A stretch of 64,000 bases of DNA from an uncultured Gemmatimonadales bacterium (lineage in GTDB: Bacteria > Gemmatimonadota > Gemmatimonadetes > Gemmatimonadales > GWC2-71-9), in NCBI GenBank assembly GCA_963739455.1, contig CAVUAK010000003.1:32001-96000 (forward strand), read 5' to 3'. This document shows, one piece after another, positions 20,854-30,834 of the stretch. The translations under genes were made by a program, and so were the position numbers. The notes under the pieces were generated by a model. It was not told the DNA's origin and made no database searches. It saw only the letters and a list, made by a program, of their open reading frames with translations. How positions within the stretch are numbered: position 1 is the stretch's first letter; each line of letters begins with the position of its first letter.

Positions 20854-21297
20854 ATGAAGCGTTCCATCATTGCAGTCATCGCACTGCTCACTACTGCACT
20901 TCCTGCCGCTGCCCAGCAACGCATGGGTGGGCCACCCCAGTCCGGCGCCGGCATTTTCAACGGAATCACCCTCACGCCCGCGCAGCAAAAGCAGGTCGAT
21001 TCGCTGTACGCATCGAACCAGCCCATGAGGGACAAGATGCGTGCACAGATGGAATCAGGGCAGCGCCCTGACTCGGCGCAGATGGTGCAGCTGCGTGCCC
21101 AGCGGACGAAGACGCTCGGCACGTATCGCGGTTTCCTCACTCCCGACCAGCAGAAGGTGTTCGACAAGAACATCTCCGAGATGCAGTCACGCATGGAGAG
21201 CATGGGAGCTGCTGCTGGTAACAGCGAGAGGGTCGGGGCAGTGCCGCCTGCGGGGGCCGGTGCCGGAGCAAAGCCAGGCGCATCACCCAAGCCTTGA
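20854..21297 (+). CDS. Spy/CpxP-like periplasmic protein
   Basis: Signal peptide and two LTxxQ motifs (LTPAQ, LTPDQ). Confidence 0.75.
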   Translation: MKRSIIAVIALLTTALPAAAQQRMGGPPQSGAGIFNGITLTPAQQKQVDSLYASNQPMRDKMRAQMESGQRPDSAQMVQLRAQRTKTLGTYRGFLTPDQQKVFDKNISEMQSRMESMGAAAGNSERVGAVPPAGAGAGAKPGASPKP

Positions 21298-21809
21298 GTC
21301 AGCACCACGAAGTGCCGGCGGCGGGCACGGACGCCATTCGCATCGTCCCGTTCGAGCCCGAACTCGCCGGCCACTTCGCGCGCCTCAACCGCGAGTGGAT
21401 CGAACGATTTTTTGTCCTGGAGCCGGCCGACGTCGTCGTTCTCAACGACCCCCGGGCTGCCATCATCGACCCGGGGGGCATGATCTACTTTGCCCTCCTT
21501 GGTGAGGAGGTTGTCGGTACTTGTGCCGTCATGCCTCACGAGCCGGGAACGCTCGAGCTCGCCAAGATGGCGGTGAGCCCGTCGGCCCAGGGCCGTGGGG
21601 TGGGCCGGCTGCTGGGTGAGGCGTGCATCGTCTTCGCCCGCAGCACCGGTGCGCACACGCTGATGCTCCACAGCAGCTCGAAGCTCGCGCCGGCACTCCA
21701 CCTCTACGAGACCCTCGGCTTTCGCCACGCACCAATGCCGCCGGGCGTTGAGTATGTCCGCGCCGACGTGCACATGGAGCTGCCGCTTATTGGCGACGAT
21801 GCATCGTAA
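21294..21809 (+). CDS. GNAT N-acetyltransferase
   Basis: LNREWI, ELAKMAV, AQGRGVG and LYETLGF. Confidence 0.9.
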   Translation: MSQHHEVPAAGTDAIRIVPFEPELAGHFARLNREWIERFFVLEPADVVVLNDPRAAIIDPGGMIYFALLGEEVVGTCAVMPHEPGTLELAKMAVSPSAQGRGVGRLLGEACIVFARSTGAHTLMLHSSSKLAPALHLYETLGFRHAPMPPGVEYVRADVHMELPLIGDDAS

Positions 21810-22431
21810 GCTGGCCGTGGTGGCCGCGGTCATCGGGTGGGCTGCGCTCATCCTCCAGATGGGCCTCACCGTCCGCAACAGCCTGGTGACCGGGCACGGC
21901 ATCGGCCACGGCCTGGCGATCTTCTTCGGCTTCTTCACCGTCACCACGAACACCTTCATTGCCCTCGTGCTGACGGCGCATGCCGTCGGGTCGAATGCGC
22001 CCTTCTGGGCCTTCTTCCGACGGCCCGTCGTGGTAACCTGCGCCACAGCCTGCATGATTACGGTCGGGATTACCTATTTCTTCTTGCTCCGGCACCTCTG
22101 GAATCCGCAGGGCCTCCAGTATTTCGTCGACGTCACCCTGCACTATGTCATGCCGGTCCTCACGGCACTCTTCTGGTGGCTGGCAGTTCCTCCTCGTACC
22201 GTTGGCTGGGGCGCGGTCGGCGCCATGCTCATCTATCCTGTCGCGTACCTGCTGTACGTCTTTGCCCGTGCTCCCCTCGTCGGCTCCTATCCCTACTACT
22301 TCATCGACGTGAACACGCTCGGCCTTGCGCGCGCGCTCCTCAATGCCGCCGCCATGACCGCGTTCTACCTGCTGGTCCTCGCTCTCTTGATTGTCCTGGA
22401 CAGTCGGCGCAGGGGAATTCGTCCCCACTAG
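21799..22431 (+). CDS. Pr6Pr family membrane protein
   Basis: FFTVTTN, LLRHLWNPQG, LHYVMP and YPYYFID. Confidence 0.85.
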   Translation: MHRKLAVVAAVIGWAALILQMGLTVRNSLVTGHGIGHGLAIFFGFFTVTTNTFIALVLTAHAVGSNAPFWAFFRRPVVVTCATACMITVGITYFFLLRHLWNPQGLQYFVDVTLHYVMPVLTALFWWLAVPPRTVGWGAVGAMLIYPVAYLLYVFARAPLVGSYPYYFIDVNTLGLARALLNAAAMTAFYLLVLALLIVLDSRRRGIRPH

Positions 22432-22480
22432 TGGAATTCGCCGTCGCCCCGGGATGACATTCGCGGCGGTTCTGGCCTTG

Positions 22481-22540
22481 CTCCTCACGCTGTCGCAGTT
22501 CCTCCTTACGCTGTCGCTGTTCCTCCTCATGCTGTTGCAG
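22481..22540. repeat. 21-bp unit repeat (ctcctcacgctgtcgcagttc), dispersed family
   Basis: About 3 tandem units; related copies at ~28831-28877, ~34616-34652 and ~53466-53506. Confidence 0.75.
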
Positions 22541-22592
22541 GCCTCGGCACGGCCCATGCCTTCCTTGCCTCCACTTCATCCCGGAGGCCCGC

Positions 22593-22814
22593 ATGAAGAT
22601 CGCCGCACTCCTCACCCGCCTCGCTGTCTACGCCACCGCGCTGTTCGTCGTCGTCACCGCCCGGCTCCCTGATCCCGCAACTCAATCCACCTTCTCCGCC
22701 CTGCGTGCCTCCGCGCCCGAGGCCCACGCCAGCCCCGCTCGCCTGGTTCTCGCCGGCATTCTCGTTGCCGGCATTTTCATCGAGGTACTTCGCCGGAGGC
22801 CCGTATGGCGCTGA
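22593..22814 (+). CDS. Small hypothetical membrane protein
   Basis: RBS ggagg and two hydrophobic segments. Confidence 0.45.
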   Translation: MKIAALLTRLAVYATALFVVVTARLPDPATQSTFSALRASAPEAHASPARLVLAGILVAGIFIEVLRRRPVWR

Positions 22815-23224
22815 AGAACACCGCACCCATCGGTCGCACCGTGAAAGCTGCCTTCAACTGGGTCACCCAGGCCGGCGCCAGCACCCTCAAGAACCTTCCC
22901 TTCGGCGGTGCACTCGGTGTGGTCACGGCAGGCGTCGTCCTCTGGCTTGCCCCGCATCTCATTCCCGAGGGCTGGAGCGCCGAGGCAGTATTGAGTCTCG
23001 GCATGGGAGGGGGCATTGTCATTCATCGCCTCCTCAACGGCATGCTCGGCTGGTTCATTGAGCCGATGCGTCGTCATGTCGGGGCGCGCTGGGAGGCCTG
23101 GATTCAGCTCAACAAGCTCGAGGGGTACAGCAAGCGCGGAATGATCGCCGCCGAGCAGGCACACCTGCTCACCGATCGCATCGTGCAGGACGACATCAAC
23201 GCAAGGAAAAAGGGGCGGCTTTAG
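22805..23224 (+). CDS. Hypothetical membrane protein
   Basis: RBS ggagg, two TMs, overlaps the upstream ORF. Confidence 0.55.
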   Translation: MALKNTAPIGRTVKAAFNWVTQAGASTLKNLPFGGALGVVTAGVVLWLAPHLIPEGWSAEAVLSLGMGGGIVIHRLLNGMLGWFIEPMRRHVGARWEAWIQLNKLEGYSKRGMIAAEQAHLLTDRIVQDDINARKKGRL

Positions 23225-23231
23225 CCGCCCC
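23207..23231 (-). terminator. Rho-independent terminator for the minus-strand hydrolase operon
   Basis: ggggcggc-ttta-gccgcccc hairpin with an A5 run on its left (a U tract on the minus strand). Confidence 0.65.
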
Positions 23232-23263
23232 ACGTGGTGTTCACCGTTCACGTCCTCACGTCT

Positions 23264-24085
23264 TCACGTCCTGAGGAACTCGAGTAGGTCCGCGTTGAAC
23301 TTCTCCTTCTCCGTCGTCGTCAGGCCGTGCGCCGCGCCCGGGTACACCTTGAGCGTCGCGTCCTTCACCAGCTTGACGGCCTTCCGTGACGCGTCGTCGA
23401 TCGGGACGATCTGGTCGTCGTCGCCGTGGATGAACAGCGTCGGGACGTCGATCTTCTTGAGGTCTTCGGTGAGGTCGGTCTCGGAGAAGGCCTTGATGCA
23501 GTCGTACGCCGCCCTGAGCCCCACCTGCATCGACCACATCCAGAACGCCTCGCGCACCCCTTCGGAGATCTTGGCCCCCGGCCGATTGTAGCCGTAGAAC
23601 GCATGCTGAGGTCCTCGGTAGAACTGCGACCGGTCGCCGCTCACCCCGGCGCGGATGCCGTCGAACGCCGACAGCGGCAGGCCCTCCGGGTTCGCCTCCG
23701 ACTGCAGCATGATCGGCGGAATCGCGCCGACCAGCAGCACCTTCGAGACCCGCTTGGTGCCGTGGCGGCCGATGTAGCGCGTCACCTCGCCGCCGCCGGT
23801 CGAGTGACCCACCAGCACGATCTTCTTCAGGTTCAGCTTCTCGATCACCTCGGCGAGGTCATCGGCATACGTGTCCAGGTCGTTGCCGTTCCATGGCTGG
23901 CCCGAGCGGCCGTGCCCGCGGCGGTCGTGCGCCACCGCCCGGAACCCGTTGTTGGCCACGAACATCATCTGGTCGTCCCACGCATCGGCGTTGAGCGGCC
24001 AGCCGTGACTGAAAACCACCGGCTGCCCCTTGCCCCAGTCCTTGTAGAAGATCTTCGTCCCGTCCTTCGTGGTGACCTTGCCCAT
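23264..24085 (-). CDS. cpo: Non-heme haloperoxidase/arylesterase (alpha/beta hydrolase)
   Basis: [30 protein letters not shown] and HGDDDQIVP. Confidence 0.9.
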   Translation of the reverse strand: MGKVTTKDGTKIFYKDWGKGQPVVFSHGWPLNADAWDDQMMFVANNGFRAVAHDRRGHGRSGQPWNGNDLDTYADDLAEVIEKLNLKKIVLVGHSTGGGEVTRYIGRHGTKRVSKVLLVGAIPPIMLQSEANPEGLPLSAFDGIRAGVSGDRSQFYRGPQHAFYGYNRPGAKISEGVREAFWMWSMQVGLRAAYDCIKAFSETDLTEDLKKIDVPTLFIHGDDDQIVPIDDASRKAVKLVKDATLKVYPGAAHGLTTTEKEKFNADLLEFLRT

Positions 24086-24110
24086 TGCACTCTCCGGATG
24101 TCTGCGCTGG

Positions 24111-24168
24111 AACCCTCAACCCTCAACCCTCAACCCTGAACCCTGAACCCTCAACCCTGACCCCTCAC
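24111..24168. repeat. Intergenic heptamer tandem repeat (accctca/accctga)n
   Basis: Read directly from the sequence. Confidence 0.85.
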
Positions 24169-24282
24169 TCACGACTGGGGGTCTCCGCTGTATACCACTG
24201 GAAGTCCGGTGAGATCCTGCATGAAGGTCTCCCGGCTGACCTGCCGCGCCAAATGAGCAGGGGATATCGGTAGTTCTGTGAC

Positions 24283-24768
24283 CTAACGCGGGTCGTCTTC
24301 GGCTTTCACGTAGGTCGTGCCGGTCGGACCCACCCCGGTGATCTGCACCAGGACCGCGCTGTCCCTGGTCTCCGCGAAGTGATCGATATCGGTTGGCTCC
24401 GTGTAGTAGCTCCCGACCGGCAGCGCCTTGAGCGCTGCCGCGTCGAAGGACGAGCCGTAGCCGAAGTACCAGGTGCCCGATACCACCGTGGCCACCCGGT
24501 CGTCGGGATGCCGGTGCGCCGCGATTCTGGTGCGCGCTGGAACGTAGAGCAGGATCGTATACAGCCCCGCACCAGTCGGGTCACCCTTGAGTACCATCGT
24601 TCGTATGCCCGCCACGCCAGATGTCCCCGCGCCGGCACCGCCGTTCGCAAGGTCAAACTGGTCGGGCGTGAGACGGATCTCGGCCGCCCCTTGTGCCCCT
24701 GCCGCCGACGTCAGCACGAAGCTGGCGAGCGCGGCAATCACCCCGCGATACCATGCATGGTGTGTCAT
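24283..24768 (-). CDS. Exported cupin-domain protein
   Basis: Signal peptide, GDPTGAGLYT, HRHPDDR, VVSGTW and HFA. Confidence 0.85.
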   Translation of the reverse strand: MTHHAWYRGVIAALASFVLTSAAGAQGAAEIRLTPDQFDLANGGAGAGTSGVAGIRTMVLKGDPTGAGLYTILLYVPARTRIAAHRHPDDRVATVVSGTWYFGYGSSFDAAALKALPVGSYYTEPTDIDHFAETRDSAVLVQITGVGPTGTTYVKAEDDPR

Positions 24769-25619
24769 GGCGTGAGGAACCCGGTGACCAGGGCGATCGT
24801 CGCCTTCGGATTCTCCTCCATGATCCAGTGCCCGGAATCTGGAACGATGCCCTCCGTCACGTCCGTCGCCACGAAGCGCATCACGGCGGCCATGGTGGGC
24901 CCGAACGACTTCTCGCCACCCACCGCCAGCACCGGCATCGTCAGTTTCCCCCGCGCTGCGACGAGTGCCTTGTTGTCGATCGCGTCCTGGTCGAATGCCT
25001 GGAACTGCGAGAACCCCGCATGCATTGCTCCGGGGCGGGAATAGAGCGCCGCGAAGTGCGCCCGGGACGCCTCGGGAAAGTTCGCCGGGTTCGCCGAAAA
25101 CTCGTTCCAGAAGCGGTCGAGATAGATCCGCTCGCGGCCCGCCACCAGCCGCTCTGCGTCCGGCCCCCAGAACGAGAAGTGCCAGAGCGCATGACTCTTC
25201 ACGATCTCGTCCCACGGGCCGATGCCCGGCAACGGTGCGTCGATGATGACGAAGCGCTTCACCCGCTCCGGATACTGCGCCGCAAAGGCGTAGCCGACCA
25301 TGTTACCGATATCATGGGTCACCAGGTCGGCCTGTGGCACGCCGAGCGCATCGAGCATTCCCGCAATGTCATGGCCCTGGGTCTTCTTGTCGTAGCCGCC
25401 CGCTGGCCGCGCCGAAAGCCCCATTCCCCGGAGATCCGGTACGATCACCGTGAAGCGGTCCTTGAGGGTAGCGGCGAGCAGCCCCCACATGTCACCGGTC
25501 TCGCCATAGCCGTGGATGAGCGCGACCGCCGGGCCTGCGCCCCCGACCCGCACGTTCAGTGTCGTCCCGTTGGTCGGGACCTGACGCACGTCGAAGCCGG
25601 GGAAGGAATGCGGATCCAT
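24765..25619 (-). CDS. Alpha/beta hydrolase (epoxide hydrolase-like)
   Basis: HGYGET, DLRGMG, HDIG nucleophile Asp and GHWIMEE. Confidence 0.9.
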   Translation of the reverse strand: MDPHSFPGFDVRQVPTNGTTLNVRVGGAGPAVALIHGYGETGDMWGLLAATLKDRFTVIVPDLRGMGLSARPAGGYDKKTQGHDIAGMLDALGVPQADLVTHDIGNMVGYAFAAQYPERVKRFVIIDAPLPGIGPWDEIVKSHALWHFSFWGPDAERLVAGRERIYLDRFWNEFSANPANFPEASRAHFAALYSRPGAMHAGFSQFQAFDQDAIDNKALVAARGKLTMPVLAVGGEKSFGPTMAAVMRFVATDVTEGIVPDSGHWIMEENPKATIALVTGFLTP

Positions 25620-25630
25620 TGCTTGCCTTT

Positions 25631-26551
25631 CTATGTGCCGGTGGTGATCAGCTGGCGGGAAACTTCCCAGAGACGTTCGGAATTTGACCGGTCGAGCGCG
25701 TAGGGCGCGACGCCCTCGGTGGTACCGGAGCGACGCGCGATCGGCGCCGCCTCATTGCAGTCGACGAAGTACCGGCCGCCGATTCCCTCCAGCAACGGCG
25801 ATGTCGCGACGAATACCGAAGTCGCGGCACCCTCGTCCACTGTCTTCCTCGACTCCGGAGGCGTCGACATGCCACCGCGATGGCGCTGCAGGTTGGTGTG
25901 GATCGCGCCCGGCGTGAGCGAGTTGGCGGTGATCCCATCGGCCGACCAGCGCGCCGTCGCCTCGACAGCGAAGAGGATATTCGCCGTCTTGGACTGTCCG
26001 TACGCCAGGATCGGCTCGTACGGCCGGAACGCGAAGTGGATGTCGTCGAACACCACGGGAGATAGCTGGTGCGCGCTCGAGCTCACCGACACGATGCGTG
26101 CCCCGCCCGCCTCGGCGAGTGACCGGTGCAGCCCCAGCGCCAGCGCAAGGTGGCCTAGGTGATTGGTGGCGAACTGCACATCCCGGCCCGAGTCCGTGAG
26201 ATGATTCGTCTCGGGCAGCGCCATCACGCCGGCATTGTTCACCAGCACATGGAGCGGCCCGCGCCACCGGGATACGAACGCCTGCACCGACGCGAGGTCG
26301 GCAAGATCCAGCAACTCCACTCGTATTCGCGGGCCTCCTGTCGCAGTCGCCATCGCCTCGGCGACCGGCCTGGCAGCCTCCACGTTACGCACCGCCAGCG
26401 TTACTTCAGCGCCCACTCCCGCCAGCGCCTGCGCCGTCGGGATCCCGATCCCCGATGCGCCCCCGGTCACGATGATTCGCTTGCCCGACAGGTCGATGCC
26501 AGCCACGACCTGGGCCGCCGTCGAACGAAAACCGAAGTCCGTTCTTATCAT
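25631..26551 (-). CDS. Short-chain dehydrogenase/reductase
   Basis: TGGASGIG, NNAG and YGQSK. Confidence 0.93.
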   Translation of the reverse strand: MIRTDFGFRSTAAQVVAGIDLSGKRIIVTGGASGIGIPTAQALAGVGAEVTLAVRNVEAARPVAEAMATATGGPRIRVELLDLADLASVQAFVSRWRGPLHVLVNNAGVMALPETNHLTDSGRDVQFATNHLGHLALALGLHRSLAEAGGARIVSVSSSAHQLSPVVFDDIHFAFRPYEPILAYGQSKTANILFAVEATARWSADGITANSLTPGAIHTNLQRHRGGMSTPPESRKTVDEGAATSVFVATSPLLEGIGGRYFVDCNEAAPIARRSGTTEGVAPYALDRSNSERLWEVSRQLITTGT

Positions 26552-26688
26552 GACTGAATCTACTTCACGTCCTCACGTCCTCGTGTATTCAAGCTCTCAA
26601 GTCCCCCATTCGGGGTATTGCAGATGTACGCTGCACGCCCGTAATCTCTCACTGCGCGTTCGTCCTTCATCTGATGGCAGGAGTCACC

Positions 26689-27177
26689 ATGAGCTCGCCC
26701 CTTCCCGCCGGCACGCCGGCCCCCGATTTCGCGCTTCCATCAGCGCCCGATCAGTTGCTGACGCTGGAGTCGTTACGCGGCAATCCCGTCATCCTGGCCT
26801 TCTATCCCGCCGACTGGAGCCCTGTCTGCGGTGACCAGATGGCGCTCTACAACGAGATTCTGCCCGAGTTCAGCCGGCACGGCGCCAGGTTGCTCGGCAT
26901 TTCGGTGGACGGCGTCTGGTGTCATGCCGCCTTCGCCGATGCGCGGCACCTCAAGTTTCCGCTCTTGAGCGACTTCGAGCCAAAGGGTGACATCGCGAAG
27001 CGCTACGGCGTGTATCGCGGGCACGACGGCTTCACCGAGCGGGCCCTCTTCGTCATCGACGCCGAGGGAATCATTCGCTGGAGCTATGTATCGCCGGTCG
27101 GGGTCAATCCTGGCGCCGATGGCATCCTCGAGGCTCTCGAGGCCCTCCCGCATTCCGCGTCTGGAGCCCGGGCATGA
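26689..27177 (+). CDS. Peroxiredoxin-like redoxin (AhpC/TSA, AhpE-like)
   Basis: FYPADWSPVC, LLSDFEPKG and ERALFVID. Confidence 0.9.
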   Translation: MSSPLPAGTPAPDFALPSAPDQLLTLESLRGNPVILAFYPADWSPVCGDQMALYNEILPEFSRHGARLLGISVDGVWCHAAFADARHLKFPLLSDFEPKGDIAKRYGVYRGHDGFTERALFVIDAEGIIRWSYVSPVGVNPGADGILEALEALPHSASGARA

Positions 27178-27725
27178 GCGGCGGCCATCTGTCACCTCCG
27201 GTGAGCGACCGCGATCACGCGCAGGGAAGTCCCGATGCGCCCGTCACCCTCGTCGAGTACGGCGACTACCAGTGCCCGCACTGCGGCCGGGCGCATCCCA
27301 TCATCAAGCAGGTGCAGAAGCGGCTGGGCAACCGGCTGCGATTCATCTTCCGCAACTTCCCGCTCACCGAGATCCACCCCGACGCCTTGCATGCCGCCGA
27401 GGCTGCCGAGGCGGTGGGAGAACACGGCGGTGCCACCGCATTCTGGCACATGCACGACCTCATCTTCGAGCACCAGCAGGATCTCGGCGATGCTGCATTG
27501 GGCAAGCTCGCAACGAAGGCTGGGGCCGATGCGGCGAAGGTGCTCGCTGATCTCGCGGCCGGGACGTTCGAGGAGCGCGTGCGCGAGGATTTCATGAGCG
27601 GCGTGCGGAGCGGAGTGAACGGTACGCCCACATTCTTCATCAACGGCAAGCGCTTCGACGGTTCATGGGACGAGGACTCCCTGGTCCAGGCCCTCGAGGC
27701 AGCAACGCACAGCACGCGCGCGTGA
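27174..27725 (+). CDS. DsbA family thioredoxin-fold protein
   Basis: EYGDYQCPHC, FRNFPL and GVNGTPTFFING. Confidence 0.92.
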   Translation: MSGGHLSPPVSDRDHAQGSPDAPVTLVEYGDYQCPHCGRAHPIIKQVQKRLGNRLRFIFRNFPLTEIHPDALHAAEAAEAVGEHGGATAFWHMHDLIFEHQQDLGDAALGKLATKAGADAAKVLADLAAGTFEERVREDFMSGVRSGVNGTPTFFINGKRFDGSWDEDSLVQALEAATHSTRA

Positions 27726-27797
27726 GCCTGTACCTGGCTTGACCGCTCCAGCTCCCGCGGTCGAGTCGGGCTCGGCGTGGGCCCCGCTTCGGGGCCC

Positions 27798-28177
27798 TGC
27801 TCGACACCAAGGGCCTCGATAGCGACGTCTCCCGGCACTGGCGGGCTCCGGCGCTCGCCTTCCGGCCCGATCCCGACGCCGGCCCGATCCTGGTCAGCAC
27901 CCTCTACATCGTAAGCGAGGATCGGGAGGCCGGCTTTCTCGCCGCGATGGAGGCGGTGCGCCTCTCGCGCCTCCGCACCGGCGCCATCGGTTGGGATCTC
28001 TACCGCCATGGAGAATCGGGGCGCCGCTTCATCGAGACCTTCACCGTGCCCTCGTGGGACGAGCACCTGCGCCAGCACGACAGCCGCCAGACCGGTGCCG
28101 ATGCGGCACTCGAACGGAAGGCGGAGGCGTTCTCCGACCCGCCACCCGTAGTCACGCACCTCTTTCCGGTCTTATAG
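27798..28177 (+). pseudogene. Orphan C-terminal domain of an MFS_3 (transmembrane secretion effector) transporter
   Basis: HW..P...PDPDAGPIL, SRLRTGAIGWDLY and PSWDEHLRQH; the TM part is absent. Confidence 0.6.
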
Positions 28178-28185
28178 TTCGGCCC

Positions 28186-28821
28186 ATGCCACGCACCGCG
28201 ACGCCCCGACCGACACTCCGCCAGGAGAAAGCCCGCTGGGCCGTCGGTCATCTCCTCATCGGCGTCGACGAAGTGGGACGCGGTCCGCTCGCTGGACCTG
28301 TCGTTGCGGCGGCGGTCGTCTTTCCCGCCAACGTCAAGCGCATCGCCGGCCTCCGCGACTCCAAGCTGCTCAGCGCAGCCCAGCGCGAACGACTCATTCC
28401 GCGCATTCGCGAGCGCGCCCTTCGCATCGCCGTGGCCGCCGCCTCCGTCCGCGAGATCGACCGCTTCAATATCCGCGTCGCCACCGCCATCGCCATGCGT
28501 CGCGCCGTCACTCGCGTGCTCCATGGCCTTGATGCCTGGCAGATCCTGGTGGACGGCCTCCCATTCCCCGAACTGGGTTACCCGCATCAGGCGCTCGTGG
28601 ACGGCGATGCACACTGCGCCTCCATCGCCGCCGCCGGCGTCGTCGCCAAGCAGGTCCGCGATGAGCTCATGCGCCGCCTGGCGCTCAAGCATCCGTTGTA
28701 TCGCTGGGAAACCAACATGGGATACGGCACCGAGGAACATCAGCAGGGCATTCGCGATCACGGTCCCTGTTGCCACCACCGCCACACCTTCGCCCCAATC
28801 GCCCAGATGAGCCTTTTCTAG
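28186..28821 (+). CDS. rnhB: Ribonuclease HII
   Basis: GVDEVGRGPLAGPV, LRDSK, VDGD..CASIAAA and NMGYGT. Confidence 0.95.
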   Translation: MPRTATPRPTLRQEKARWAVGHLLIGVDEVGRGPLAGPVVAAAVVFPANVKRIAGLRDSKLLSAAQRERLIPRIRERALRIAVAAASVREIDRFNIRVATAIAMRRAVTRVLHGLDAWQILVDGLPFPELGYPHQALVDGDAHCASIAAAGVVAKQVRDELMRRLALKHPLYRWETNMGYGTEEHQQGIRDHGPCCHHRHTFAPIAQMSLF

Positions 28822-28875
28822 TCTCCGCGGTCGCAGTTCCTCCTCACGCTGTTTCGGTTCCTCCTCACGCAGTTT

Positions 28876-30834
28876 TCAGTTCGCCGGCATCTCAAACGGC
28901 CTCCGCTCCTTCGCCGGCAGCCAGAAGAACCTCGACGGTTGGGTTGCGAACGCCTTCCGCAGCGCTCGCCACAGCTCAGACCGGTCCCCCTTCGTCAGGT
29001 CCCGTGCCCGCGCCGCCGTCAGCAGCGCCAGCCAGGCCGAGACCGCGAAGTTGAAGAACCCGATCACGAGGATCCCCACCGCGGCCCACTCGAGATCCGC
29101 CGGGCGCAGCTCGCCTGCATCGCGCAGCGGCAGGATCCCGTAGGCCGCCGCCGCCGCGTGCAGCGTGACGTGACGCACCTCCAGCCAGATCCCGAAGAAC
29201 CGGCTCAGCAGTACCGGCACGAAGCCGAGCAGGAAGCCGAGCGTGGCATAGCCCACCAGCCCGCCGACGTTGTGCTCCAGGAAGTCACCCGCGCGTTGTG
29301 CGAACGCCTTCCCGAACACCCGCTTGATGCGCGGGTCCTCCCGGGTCGCCTCTGGCAGGCGACGATATGCGCTCCAGTTCGATGTCGCCCCCGCGGCCAG
29401 GCTCGACAGCCACAGGAACACACCCGTCACCGCGGCATAGACGATCGTGAGGGTCCCCACCGGGTTGACGCCCCGCAGTGCATGCTCCGCTTCCGGCAGT
29501 TCCAGGAACCAGCGTCCCGTCGCCAGGTGCACCAGGAAATCCAGCACCAGCGCCAGCGTTACCGTCGCCGCGACGTTGGAGACCGTCACCGCCGCCTGCG
29601 ATCGCGAGATGGCGGCGATCAGCTCGACATTGTGCGACATGTCGTCCTTGTCCGCCAGCGACGTCGCCAGCGCCGACGCCGTCATCGCCGGCTGTTTTGA
29701 CGCAAGCGAGAAGTGGAAGATCTGGAGGATCCAGAAGCTGATCGTGTAGTTCGCCGCCAGGCCCAGCCCAAGGATTACCGGGGCCAGCGGCAGGGCAGAG
29801 ATGCCGAACTTGGCCAGCGCGGTGAAGGCGGTGACGCAGCCGCCGTACGCGCCGGCACGCAGGTTCGCCCACCACTCTTTCCGCGAACGCACCACGTAGT
29901 GTTCACCGGTGATGCCGGTGTACTCCGTGATCTTGAGCGCGAGGCGCTTCGCTTCGGCCCGCCCCACCGCACTGATGCTGTGGTCCGTGGCCAGCGAGCG
30001 CACCGTCTGCATCCCGACTTCCCGCGCCGGGATCGCGTGGGTGCCGAGTGCCACGTTGATCAGGACCGCCAGTCGAGTCAGCTCCGCGCCCAGCAGTTCA
30101 TGCAGGAAGAGGCTCTCGGTCGACGCACCCCGCTTGTCCATGAAAGTCGTGATCTCCTCCACCACGCGCCGGCACTGGGCCAGTTCCGCTTGCCAGTCGG
30201 GATGCTCCGCGCCGGTCGCGACCGCAGTGCGCAGCCGTTCCACCAGCTGTGGCAGGTCCATGAACCGCGAGTTGATCAGGTCCTCGGCGGGGCGCACGTC
30301 GAGAATGCCGCCCGACGTCCCCACCACCGCGATGCGCGTCGCGATCAGCTGGGCCGCGCGGAACAGCATGGCGCGGGGAATCGAGACCAGCGCCGCGGCC
30401 CGCTCGACGGTCTCGCCGTCAAGGCTCCCGATCCACTGCGCATCGTCCTCGGTGAGCCTCAGGCGGAACAGCAGGTCGGGCAGGTTGTCTGGCGTGCGAT
30501 AGCGCGGCAGGAAACGATTGGCGATTCGGTGGAACAGTTCTTTGGACAGCGAATGCTGGCTCGGCAGGCCGGTCTCCGCCAGCAGGCGGATGACAGTCGG
30601 GTGACTCCACGCCGTGTGCAGTCGCTCCACCAGCACGTCCCGCTGGGGATGGGACGCGATGCCATCGAGCAGCAGCAGCAGCCGCACGGTGCGAGGCGAC
30701 TGCGGACCCAGCGGCCGCGTCGGGGCCGCGCGCAGCCAGCGCAGCAGGCGCTCGAGCCAGAAGGCACTGCCCCCCGGCAGCGCTTCCGCCAGCAGTTTCT
30801 GGAGCTCGGGTTCTAGCGCGACGGCAGGATCCAT
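28876..30834 (-). CDS. Gcr-family 'site-specific recombinase'-annotated polytopic membrane protein
   Basis: LLAETGLP, TGEHY, LASKQPAMTA, LGFLLG and EVRHVTL. Confidence 0.75.
   Translation of the reverse strand: MDPAVALEPELQKLLAEALPGGSAFWLERLLRWLRAAPTRPLGPQSPRTVRLLLLLDGIASHPQRDVLVERLHTAWSHPTVIRLLAETGLPSQHSLSKELFHRIANRFLPRYRTPDNLPDLLFRLRLTEDDAQWIGSLDGETVERAAALVSIPRAMLFRAAQLIATRIAVVGTSGGILDVRPAEDLINSRFMDLPQLVERLRTAVATGAEHPDWQAELAQCRRVVEEITTFMDKRGASTESLFLHELLGAELTRLAVLINVALGTHAIPAREVGMQTVRSLATDHSISAVGRAEAKRLALKITEYTGITGEHYVVRSRKEWWANLRAGAYGGCVTAFTALAKFGISALPLAPVILGLGLAANYTISFWILQIFHFSLASKQPAMTASALATSLADKDDMSHNVELIAAISRSQAAVTVSNVAATVTLALVLDFLVHLATGRWFLELPEAEHALRGVNPVGTLTIVYAAVTGVFLWLSSLAAGATSNWSAYRRLPEATREDPRIKRVFGKAFAQRAGDFLEHNVGGLVGYATLGFLLGFVPVLLSRFFGIWLEVRHVTLHAAAAAYGILPLRDAGELRPADLEWAAVGILVIGFFNFAVSAWLALLTAARARDLTKGDRSELWRALRKAFATQPSRFFWLPAKERRPFEMPAN

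Noticed and set aside
20472..22055. Long antisense or alternative-frame ORFs (e.g. 527 aa here, 848 aa at 59921-62467)
   Set aside because: These are shadow ORFs typical of high-GC DNA; they overlap well-supported genes and carry no motifs of their own.
28876..30834. Mobile element implied by the 'site-specific recombinase' label
   Set aside because: The protein is a membrane protein without recombinase catalytic motifs, and no att sites or invertible segment were seen.
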